From Gonapodya sp. JEL0774 (Eukaryota), in contig JADIIX010000005.1 in NCBI GenBank assembly GCA_027604505.1, positions 186,001 through 250,000 on the forward strand: a DNA stretch of 64,000 nucleotides, written 5' to 3'. Made by a program: the position numbers and the translations under genes. Numbering within the stretch: the stretch's first letter is position 1; each line of letters begins with the position of its first letter. A model generated the notes under the pieces. The model searched no databases. It was not told where the DNA came from and saw only the letters and a list, made by a program, of their open reading frames with translations. Below, piece after piece: positions 37,201 to 48,525 of this stretch.

Positions 37201-38902
37201 AAGCGGTCAAGACTGGGACTTTAAGTGTCGAGCTCTGGAGACAATGTCCTCAGTCTTAAGGGAGCATTCGGAGTTGTTCCAACCTGGGCTCCACGATCGC
37301 TGTTTAACAATAGTTTCCGAGGTGAACAACCTTCGATCAACGGTATCCAAGTACGCAATATCTCTTCTCGCTGACATGTTCTTGCATCTTGGGAAGGCTA
37401 TGGACACAGAGCTTGATGTCGTGTTAGGTGCACTGCTGAAGAAGGTCGGCGAAAACTCATCGTTCTTGGTGGATGAAGTGGATCGCGCACTAGAGTGTAT
37501 GATGGACCGCGTCACCTCGGCACGGTGTATAGCAGTGCTCAGCAACAGTTTCGACCACAAAAACGCTGCCATCAAGGCCAAAGCCTCCACTTGCATTGCT
37601 CGTTTAGTCTGCGCATTCAGTGACGCTCAAGTCGCCAAGTATGTTTCTGGACAGCATGATATGGACAAACTTCTTCCTGCCCTCGTAGCCCTGTCAAAGG
37701 AGGGCTTGGGTGAAACTCGGAACTCGGCCAAAACCGCGCTGGCACATCTTGCACGGGCACCAGATTTTGAGAGAATGCTTGACAAAGTGGTCTCGGCAAC
37801 AAACGCAAAAGAAGTGAGGGAGGCCATAAGGAGTGTCCAGTCCAAAACATTTGATCGGTCATCTCGACCAAAGATTATAGCGAAGGTGTGTGTTGAACTT
37901 CAATATATGTAATGCGGACTTAAAAAGCCCAAGATTTCGATCTGCTTTTGAAGGTTTCTCCGACGAAGCAGGACTTGAAGTTTGAGACACGTGCAGCTGA
38001 CTCTCGACTCAAGGACTCAGGCGGCGACGAAATCACCCAGCTCAAAGAGATCTTTGATGGCCTGGGGTCAACTGGTATGGAAAATTTAACGAGTGTGCAC
38101 GAGACCTCTTCAATTGAGCCCTTTGCGTCCTAATTTGACTGCAGATTTTAAAGTTCGCGTTGATTCTCTATCACTCGCGTGCGAAGTGGTGGAAGAGAAC
38201 GCCGGCCATGTCTCACAGCAAGACACTGTGAAACTTTTCGATCATCTAGCTGAACGGTGTCGAGATGGTAATAGCAAAGTTCTACTATTAGCGCTTCAGA
38301 CCGTGGGACGGATCGTTCCGATGCTCGGAGTAAGCACTTTCGTATCCTTTATCGCAAGGATAGAGTTTCACCACAACATCACTTGTCACGGGTGCGCAGT
38401 CTCTCGTCGACCCGGTCTCTGCCAACATCGTCCCTGTTCTTGTTGTAGCGCAGGTCTCTGCGTCCCCAGCGGTTCGCTCCGCAGCATCGGAATCGCTAAC
38501 GGTCTTTGCTGAGGCGGTCACAGATGGTGCACCTGTCTTGCAGGCTCTCACTGCAGTGGCACAGTTCAACGGGAACCTAAAGATGAGAGCGGTTGCAGGC
38601 GAGAGCTTGGCAAGTGCGTGTTTGTTTGAAAGCTTTCCTTTTGATAACACTAACGTTCCGGCAACTACATGCGTTCAGTTCTTGCAAGTATTCTCCATGC
38701 CAAGTCTCCACGCTCTTTTCTTCGTCACACTGTTCCTGCATCAATCTCACTCATGTCTTCGGATCGACCGGAAGCAAGGCAAGCCGGAGTAAAACTATTT
38801 CGTGCTCTGGCTCAGTGCGTTGGGTCCGAACAATTGACAGATTTGGTCACCCAAAGCTGGCCTGAGCTAGTTGGGAAAGTGCGAACGGTTTTGAGCTCGT
38901 GA
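34283..38902 (+). CDS. TOG/HEAT-array microtubule regulator, TOGARAM1/crescerin (FAM179/CHE-12)-like
   Basis: Three TOG-like blocks (SWKVRATAVDAL...LLQDPNFKIAL; DWDFKCRALE...VNNLRSTVSK; DFKVRVDSL...RCRDGNSKV) separated by long disordered linkers, the arrangement of crescerin-family proteins. Confidence 0.75.
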
Positions 38903-39026
38903 TCTTACACAAAATCTGGCGAGAATTGGGCATATACATTGTAAATGCATGACTACATATATTCAGCCCATTCTCTTCGAAAGGTCCGCTGTTGTATCGT
39001 GCATCATGCCAACGACGGTTAATCCC

Positions 39027-40266
39027 CTACCGCAAAGCGTCTGTGACAACTGCAACACTCTCAAACTCACTTGGAGGGTATTTGTCCTGCATCCAACTCA
39101 TCAATCGCTTTAAGGACTGGATCCACTTCCGTGTTGTTTCATCGTTGAGTACATGAGCAACCTGAGCTGCGAAAATCTTCTCGCGAGCTATGTTTTTCCA
39201 GGGGCAAAGTGTTTGAAATCATGGATATTTCGGACACACATATCAACTCGAGCGCACCTGACCGTTCGTGAATGCCAACCATTGTTACCCCAATAGGCCA
39301 CGGGGAGTTACCTATCGAAAGAGTGAGATAGGCGTTGTTTGCTTTCTGGTACTCCCGTTGGTGGAGGAATGCAGCAATCTCTGAGATCCGCGCGACCACA
39401 TCGGCGTCCATATTCTTCTGCTTCAACGATTTGAAGAAAGGTTTCAAGTAGTCCATAGTTTGCCGGAACATGGCTTCCCGCTTCTTGCCGTCATTGCTCC
39501 GCTTCTCCTCGTCGGAGCGAGCGTCCAGATCCTTCTCCCACTCAAAGCACTTTCGACGAAAGTACACAGACAAAAGATGGTACGTCCTGTCTGGATCCTT
39601 CATGAGCAAGTCGACTGAGATTGGCGAAGTGTCCACGCTCATCAACTCGGCCTCCTCCTTGGCCTTTCGTCGTATTGCCTCCTCATCCACCACTCCTGCA
39701 CCCTTCTGGATGGTCTCCATAGCTAGCCGTTTGTCCGTGGCCTCCATCGCTCTCATAAACTCATTGCGCTGCCCTTCGTTCTTTTCCTCCTTCGATTCGA
39801 GGACACGTAGTCGGTTTATGCGCTGAAGGTCTGTCTCACCAAATAGGCGGATGGGTTCCCCACGGGAGCGCAGGCGTCGCACAACCTCCGTCGACGAAAT
39901 ATACTGGTCTGCCGATTCTTCTGTAGATTCGGGGGTTGGGGTAACGTCCCTCGACCCACGTTTAGGTGTTCCGGTTCCTGATGTAGCGAGCCGTGAAGCT
40001 TCCGGAGTGTTCGACCGCTCGCGTTGACGTTCCTCCTCGACATTGAGCAAGGCTGCCTTTTTAATGGCTACATTGTCCTCCATCTTACGGCGCAGCTCCT
40101 CCTCCCGGCGTCTCTCTTCCTGCAATCTCTCGCTTTCAATGTCCCCCCTCCGCTTGTACTTCTTCACCCCGTTCGCCGTCGTCACTGCTTTGACTGCATC
40201 TCCAGGATCACCTGCTTTCCTTTTCCTTTCGATTTCTGCTTGAAGAATTGCGAGAGGGTCTGACAT
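39027..40266 (-). CDS. PRP18: Pre-mRNA splicing factor Prp18
   Basis: PRP4-like motif [18 protein letters not shown] and Prp18 core [29 protein letters not shown]...[19 protein letters not shown]. Confidence 0.95.
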
Positions 40267-40613
40267 ATTCTTATTAGCTGACGAATCTGGACTACGGTCG
40301 GGTTGGGTGGGGGAAGAGGGGGCAAGGGCACTCACCTCCTCACACCTTCAGCACGTCTGCCAGTCCAGACCCCGCAGCCTTCGTTGTCTGTCAGTGTTGA
40401 TTCTTTTGGTGTCTAGTTATTTCAAACCCGCCTTTTCTGCTAATCCCAATGACAGCACCTTTGCGGATACAAATAACAGGAGCGTAAAAGTAGAGATCCA
40501 TTTGTGGGTTTATTCCATTGCACGTCTTTTCAGATATTACGAGATTGGTTTTGGTACTCATACTTATGTACTACGACGGCAAGTGTTCACAAGTGAGAAA
40601 TACTTTCACAAAC

Positions 40614-42011
40614 TCAACCTTGAGCTCTGTCCATGCGTCTCCACGTATCCAACACATATTCCAGCAAATCAAACTTCTCTTTTTCGTTTCCATTCTGATG
40701 TAAAATGCATCCTATACCGCCTGAGAACGCGTTCCGAACCCGTCCGTTGGGGAGTACAGTCAGATTATCACTCTTGACGCCGTACAGGCAGTGTGAAAGG
40801 TCATGGTAGTAGTCAATGCGTATGAGGGGACGATACGACGCTCTGGGATGTTGGTACCAGAAGGAGGGGGGGGATATGGGGGAGTCAACAGACAACCTGT
40901 GGGATTTCCGCGCCAGATACTCGCGGAGTGCAGTTGGTTCCAAGCGAGGGTGAATTTCGGAAAGGTTTTCGAAGGCCGAGGAAATGTTGGGTTTCGGAAG
41001 CGCGGGAGACACCGAGGAGGAGATCGTCAAGAGGTGATTGCTGAGATTCATGACATAACTGAGACCCGAGAGGAAACCTATTGTGTAGGAATACTGATCT
41101 GGAGGGCGGTACGGTGACGAATATTGACCATACATCAGATGGATTCATGATTACAAACAAAACAAGATATGGCATCGCCATCGCAGCGGCAATCTCACTT
41201 ACCGTCTGCCCAATCATCTGTGTACACCTTTTGTATCAAGCCAGCGACCGCCTCCGCTGTACCCACCATGACGCCGCCATTTACGAAGCGAAACCAGCTC
41301 CACTCCCCACCGTATTCCTCCGGTTTCGGGTAGAATCTCTCCAGATCCCAATCAGGGTAGCAAGAATTGTCACCTCCGAATACGATGGGGCTATCGAAAT
41401 CTGAGTAGGATTGAACGAGGTCAGAAACGGAGCATCCTGGCGAGAGGAGGACGTCGGTCGCGTCGGTGACGACGACGAGTGCAAGGGGATTCAAATGAAT
41501 TACGTAGTCATGGATACGGCGCATGCGAAGACCTAGAGTCGGCGGGTTGAGGAGTACGCAAGTGAAACATCCTCCTTAATGGTCCGGAACGCTCACCGAA
41601 ACCCCTCCACCAAGTATGATATCCCAACACCGTTAGCGTAATCCCCGCTCTCCCTACAGACGCAGCAAGACGATTCAGATTCTTGGTGCAATGTGTGGCG
41701 TAAGTGATCCAGTGAAGTTCAGTTTTGCTGGGCGATTGGGCAGGGGGATAAAATCGAAGAATGCCCTCGTTTGGACTAAAGGATCCCTCGCAGAGAGCCC
41801 TGTCCCAGAACAGGTTTCCAAGAGTGTTCTGGAAGCGCTGGGCAACGCATGTTCTATCCAAAGGTGGACTGGGGAGTCGTGAAGGGGAAGCTTGTCGTGC
41901 ATCATCGTCGATTGGGGTAAAGTAACAAGAAGGGAGAACGACGAATGCATAGACTGCACACAAAGCAAGGCAAACCAAGGCTATCCGACGGTGGTAAATC
42001 ATCGTGTGCAC
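40614..42011 (-). CDS. Type II membrane glycosyltransferase resembling the N-terminal GT domain of PLOD (procollagen lysyl hydroxylase/glycosyltransferase)
   Basis: N-terminal TM (IALVCLALCAVYAFVVL). Motifs ITYAT, LTVLG...WRGFG, VVVTDATDVLL, IVFGGDNSCYPD, FRFVNGGVMVG, spliced DDWADDQYSYT, IRIDYYHDL and ILHQNG parallel the PLOD GT domain. Confidence 0.75.
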
Positions 42012-42231
42012 ATATTAATCAGATCCAATTCGCACCACAGGGACTCGGTGTGACGTGTCGCCAACTCTGCGAGGTAGTGGTGATGGATCCGCTTTGGACT
42101 CCAGCCGCACTCGACAATGAGATTTTCCACCGACGTCGTTGTCTGCGTGAAGCGGTGATATGTTTTCGATGGATAAATGTAATGAGGATGGCGGCCGCAG
42201 CATAAAAGGAGCGCGCAGATGGACTCACCCA

Positions 42232-44378
42232 ATGGACAACTTTGCACAACTGGAAGTGACAGGCGCACGTAGACCGCAATTTCTTCCCGACGAGCGCGTG
42301 CTACGTGAAGCCCCATTCACGGCAATCTTTGATGGGTGAGTTGGTTCAAAGCGAAGGTGGTTTCCAATTTATGAAGGAGAGGTGAAGTGGCTCAACAGCA
42401 CATTATGCGATCCTCCGTCGCTCATTTCAGCAATACTAAGCCCCAGGAACTCTCTTCCGGAACTGCATATGTCACAAACATGCGTCTCCTTTGGGTTTCG
42501 GACTCAAATCCCCCGACCAGCAGGTTTCATGCACTCGCTCTCGATCTTTCTAATGTCCGATCGTTCGACAAGGGCGGAAAAAGTCTCAGGAACATAACAT
42601 CGTCTCCGAGAATCAGGATTTATTTGCCCGGATCACGAGCACGAGAAATGGTCTCAGCTCCCGTTCGTCCGCTCGTACCACAACCCCTCCCACCGGAAGT
42701 GGTAGTTACCACATGGGTGTGCCTCGTATGTGGACACGCCGAGAATACATCCGTAGATCCAGGAGTTTGTGAAGAGTGCGGGGTCGAGCGTGTTGACGTG
42801 GACGAACCGTCTCCTACCAGTGCAACCGCATCAAACTCTCAGTCCACAACAAACCTCTCCATCACACTTGACGAAGATGATGATGTCCCCGAAGCTGCTC
42901 AGAAGGCTTGTCCCTCTTGTACTTATCTCAACCTTCCTGCCGCCGATACATGCGAGATTTGCGGATCACCCCTCCGTCCCCTTATCCCCCGTCCTCGGTC
43001 TCCCGGGGGTACAAAAGCAGCTGCCATCGGACCCTCAATATCAGATCGACCAGCTTCTCGTCAAGCGTACTCGTTGGGGATGACAGGCCCGTCTTACAGC
43101 CTTCCTACCAAAACCAGTACCGCCCTCGAACACTCTGGCAAACAAGCCTTTGTGCAATTTGCCTTCCGTGCACCCCCAAACACCAAGAAAGAACTCTTCA
43201 ATAAGTCTGAACAGGGTCTCAGGGACGAGTTCCTGGTGAAGCTCGCTGATGCTGTCGCGGGTAGAGCGTGGGAGGCCCGCGAACAGGCGAACAGGGCCAG
43301 AAAGGAAGCGGAAGAGAGGCGAAAGAAAGACGAAGAACAACGGAAGCAGGCAAATCAGGTTGCTTTGTCGCAATTGGCAGGCATTGGTAAGTTGATACAA
43401 CGGCCAGTATGTAAAGCGGGTCTGTGGCTGAGTCTAAAATTACCACGACTACGTGAATATCAGGACAACTCGTAGCTCGCCAGGAGCAACGCGCCTACGA
43501 AATCCAAACTCTTTTCACCGGAGCGTTCTCAGGAGACCTTGAAGCTCTGATTGGTCAGGCAAAGCACATCGTCGAAAAAGCACGGCAGATAACCGCTCGC
43601 CTTTCGGAGTCAGATCCTTCTCAGGGCGGTGGACAGGAAAGCGAAATTTTCCGAAGCTATCTAGCGGAACTAGGTGTCGTCAGTATAGAGAGCCCGGTGA
43701 CGAAGTGAGAGCAAACTCCTTTTTGTTCAGAACGTTGAACGGACCACTCGCAGGACATGACGGCTGACCTCTCTTAACAGAGAAACCGCGGGATCTTTAT
43801 TTCACTCCCAACTCGCACGTGAAATCTCCGACACTCTCGACAACATCTTCCTTTCACCTGCTTCCACTGCAGGTGCTCCCCGGCGCACGTCCCCCCGCAC
43901 TCGCCCATCCATGCTACCACTCACTGAAGTGTATACTCTTATAACTCGCGCACGCCCAAACAGTCTTGTCTCGCCCGACGATCTCGCCAAATCATGTGCG
44001 ATGATGGATCATCTGGGCCTTCCTTACATCATGCGCAAGTTTCGGTCCGGCCTGCTTTGCCTCTGCGAACGTGGGCTGAGTGATGATCAAATTGCTGGGC
44101 GAGTGGCTAAAGTGTGCAAGGAGTTTTCGGATGCGACGGTGCAGCGGGCACTGTCCGACACGGAAACTGGTGGTTTCCCCGTGGCTGGAATCGGCCCCTA
44201 CGGTGTGGGTGCTACAGTAGTGGAGGTAGCACAGGCGTGTGAGGTAAGCGTGCTGCTTGCCGGAGAATGGATGGACATTGCGGAGGGTAAGGGGGTGGTG
44301 TTGAGGGACGAGGCTTGGGATGGTGAAAGGTTCTTTCTCAATGTGTTACCGCGAACATTGTGGAGTCACGGTAAGTGA
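42232..44378 (+). CDS. VPS36: ESCRT-II subunit Vps36 (split GLUE with two NZF zinc fingers, winged-helix C-terminus)
   Basis: MDNF...RRPQFLPDE...IFDG, GTAYVTNMRLLWV, NZF fingers WVCLVC..CEECG and ACPSCTYLN..CEICG, AFSGDLEALI, and LPLTEVYTLITRAR...LVSPDDL. Confidence 0.9.
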
Positions 44379-44513
44379 ACGTGTAGATATAATAGGAGGA
44401 TAGGTGCTATATAATGAAATTATGTATATAATGCGAATCTCAGTCTATGCAGTGGTATTATCCCGGCATCAAAAGTTCCAATTGTTGCAAAACAGGTAGT
44501 CACGTGTGAAATT

Positions 44514-47500
44514 TCATAAACTCTCCACGACAGGAAGTCGTGCGGGTCTGGCTCCGAGCCTTCTGGGCCGAGAGCTTTGACCAGAAGAATGCTCCACCAC
44601 GAACGAATTGACAGGACGTGAAATTTTGCGCAGGATAGGTGTACGAGCGGGTATCGATTCCTGTAGGCGAGGTGGAGATTGACCTGAGGAAGGTCGAGAA
44701 TTCGATTCTGGCTGTAGCTGTGGAGCACCAGGGACCCGGCTGTCAAGAATGGGACATTGATCGGCAGTACTGCAAGTATTCAAGGATTGATTTTCAAAAG
44801 ATTGGTTCTCCAGAATTATTGATTGTGCAGGTTGTGCCCCGTCCAGCGTTTCAAAATTGGAACTGTCGATCATGGTGCTATGACGGTGTTGGGTCCCCGT
44901 CCACGTTGTAAACGCCAGCGTTGATCGCTTTCTAGGACTTTGGGACGTCGCTCGGGGCTTTTCCTTCTCGTCGAAACCTTCAGAGATTTCATCGTCATCA
45001 CAAATAGCCTCAATCTCGGGGCACCCTCGAAACACGCGTAACATGTCCGTGATCTTTCGCTGTCCATCCAAGGCGGCCGTTTTTTTTATTTTCTTGCGTG
45101 CATTTTCGCGACTCGCCTCCACATGGTCCGGAATAAGTTGATGCTTCCGGGCAGTTGTGACGGCTAATTGCTCTTCCTCCGCTGGTTTAGAAGATGGGAC
45201 ATTCTTGGCACCGACAAAACCTCCGTGCAACGCGAGTAAAACTTTTGAGTCAAGAACTTTTCGCTCTGCTCTCTGCTTTAACTCCTCTTCGGCCGCAAGT
45301 GCGTCCGGCGGAAGGTGGTCCCCGTCCATGCCTGTCTTCGCCGGAACGGGCCTATCCAGCAGCTTTCCAAACAAAAGCCAGTTGGCGCGATCAAGTCGCA
45401 TATACTTCTGATCTGAGTAGCACTCGTGCGGCACTCGATGCAGAAAGCGGGAAACGCGAGATGCCCCAAGACCAGGTTTCCTATGCCAAGTCATCTCCAG
45501 TACCATTGCTGATCTAGTTAGGCCCACGTAGAGAGTTCGGCGCTCTTCGGCAAGGCGTTCCGGTGTCAACTCAGACTGACCGTGAATTGAGGAGGGCATT
45601 TCTGTGTCTTCCAATCCGATCACAAACACTATTGGCCATTCAAGGCCCTTTGAGGAATGCAACGTTGCCAGGGTAACAAACTTGAGAAGTGCAACTCAGT
45701 CGGGTGAATCCAGCTGCAAAAACTTCGTCTGTAGAGGCACTTACATTGTTGGAGCCACGAGTAGTTCCTCCAGGTCCAATGGTCGACATATCTAGAAACC
45801 GCCTCAGAACGTCCGCATCGCCGTCTACGTTTGCTTTGGAATCGAAAGCGGCGCCCATCTCCACTACATCTCGAACAACCTGAACCCTCCTGCGTTCTTC
45901 ATGTGGCTTGTCACCATGCTCACGGTGAATGAAGGCTTCGAGGTCCAAGGCTGTCGTTATGGCTAAGAGGGTAGAAGATATTGTCCGTGTCTAAAGGGGT
46001 TCGAATACCGTGTAACTGGCACTCCGCAACTCAAAAGTATGTGAAGTCCGTCAAAACACACCGTCTCAAACTCCTGCCGCGCTGAGTCAACCACCTTTAG
46101 CATGTCGCGAAGTTCCGTCGTCAATTGCGGCAATTGTCTCTTGGAAATCGCTTGCTGCGCAGCATTCAGCAAGCTCAGACCTCTTTGGGCAGAAAGCGTT
46201 ATTAATGAATTGATGGATTTCTTAGGTGGGCGGCGTTTGGAACCAGCTGGGCGCTCGTATTCCTTCTGGGAGATGTGGTAAACCAGATTGACGCTGTCGT
46301 GGAAAGAAAACTAAAGCTTTGTGGATAAGAGAGGTTCAACATTAGGAATACTCACCACCTTTGTACTGCCATTCTCTCGACAGCACCTTCCACTCCCACG
46401 GCAAGTGCAAAGAAAGCCAACATGTCCTTTCAATGTGGATAGTTTGAGAGCGGTCTTTTTACCTGTCGAGGCTGAAAACTAAAGGTACCTTTGCCTCCTT
46501 TCTGTCGATAACACTGGAGCCCGCGACTACTCTGTAGGGGATACCGGATGCCAAAAGTGCCTTCTCAACCGGCTCCCTTTGTGCGTTTCTCCTAGCGAGG
46601 ATTGCCACGTCATTGTACTTCAACATCCCGTTGGAAGCATGCAAGAGTCGTTCGATTTCTTGAGCAATATATGTGGCTTCAGCCACGTCTGTTTGAAACG
46701 ACAGGAGGAGTGGAAGTGGTCCTCGACCGTGGATCGTGGAAAATGCAGGCGGAGACGATCGATTTTCGTCTGGGAGTTCGGGCATTGTCAATGTAAACAT
46801 CAGCAAAATAGATTCCGGAGTTTCTCAGTATCCGATTTCGTTCACCTTGAGCGATGATATGCTTGCAAATCTCAGTAATGCATTCGGTAGATCTGTAAGT
46901 CGTGTCAAGTGCAATAACACCACATCCGGGAAAGTCTTCCAGGAGCTTTCGGGCGTTTCTGGAATCCGCTTGTCGCCATCCGTAGATCGATTGGTCAGAG
47001 TCACCCCTGTTAAAAGCAAATGTGCAGACTAGATCTCGAAAGCGTGCACCAAACAGTTTGGGGCAATACTCACACCACTGTAAGTTTACTATTCCTGGCC
47101 ATTTCCTTGATGAGGTCATACTGAAGACCGCTTGTGTCCTGAAATTCGTCGACGAATATTGCTCGAACGTGACCAAGTGCTTGAGGGTGACATCGAAGAA
47201 GCTTAAGTCCTTGCAGCAACAAATCATCAAAGTCCACGAGATTATCATCGAGAAGGCGATCCCTATAGACTGCGTATACTGGCAAAATCGCGATATGGAG
47301 TCTGGTCGGAGTTGCAAATGGGGAGGACAAATATACCAACCCGCAGCTATTTGGCCGGCCATTGGAAGATGCTGCGACGTTAGCACTTCCGCCGCCACCT
47401 CCACAAGACGCTCGGGTTCAATTTGTAGAGATTTGGACTTGGAAATGAAAGTCACCAAGGTGCGGCGGGGAACATGGCAATCGATACGAGATGCACAATC

Positions 47501-48126
47501 CGCAATATACTGTTCTGAAAAATAGGTTCACGATGCTCGGGGGAGCCGTTAACGCGAAGAGCATTGAAATATCAATCACCTGCATCGTCGGCGTCGAGGA
47601 TCGAGAAGTTTGGGTGGAGGCCGATTCGATCGGCATACCGGCGGAGAAGACGCAGGCAGATAGAGTGAAATGTCCCTTGTAATTGAACATAGGGAACTTT
47701 CAGATATTTTCTGGGGCGGCAAACTGTATACACAAACTCACCTGCAACGATTCCCTTTCCCCTGTCACCAAGGAGAGCTATGATTCTCTCTTGCAGCTCT
47801 TCTGCAGCTTTGTTCGTAAATGTCATGGCGAGAAGGGAGCCGGGTGCCAAGCCAGCGGTGATATGATAGGATATGCGGTATATGAGCGTCCTGGTTTTAC
47901 CCGATCCGGGTCCCGCTTGAATAAGCAGTGTAGGCGATTGCGAGTACATCACAGCATCACGTTGTTTCGCATTGAGGCTGTTTAAAGCAATCGATGGCGA
48001 CGGCTTGCCGCCTTGTGCTTCGTGATGCGGTCGGCGGGGCATTGGAGTTTGCGGAAGAGAGGCGTTTGGATGGATAGTCACGATCTTGTCTCTATGTTTC
48101 GTCAGTTTCCGGTCGAAAAGTTTCAT
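44514..48126 (-). CDS. SRS2: UvrD/Rep-family DNA helicase (Srs2-like)
   Basis: LNAKQRDAV, motif I AGPGSGKTRTL, TFTNKAA, GTFHS, VDEFQD, GDSDQSIYGWR, TYRST, TLHSSKGLEWPIVF and EERRTLYVGLTR. Start codon approximate. Confidence 0.9.
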
Positions 48127-48525
48127 GGCAATTCTAGCATGGTTTGTCGGTCTGTTGGAAAGGCGCCATGGCAACAGTCGGTTGGCGGACCTCAGTCTTC
48201 ATCCTCCTGCCAGAACCACTCGGGAACATCGAAATCCCCAAGGAATCTGTGATGCAATAAATTGCAAAATGGCTTAATTTTCGTGGACGCTGATTCTGTA
48301 TCTTCTAATAAGCAATGAAAGAGTTGTGAACTCTCTGAGTACCCTCTCCCTCCCCTTCTTTTACTTTTTGAAACATTAAATGAAGTTGCCTTCTTTTTGT
48401 TTCATAGTGTGACTGGCAGGTGGGAGTTTCATGAATGATTGATGCCATCCGGCTTGCCGTCCGGCCATGATGGTGGAACCCACAACACCCACGTAACACT
48501 ACGAACCCACCGTCACCCAGAAACT

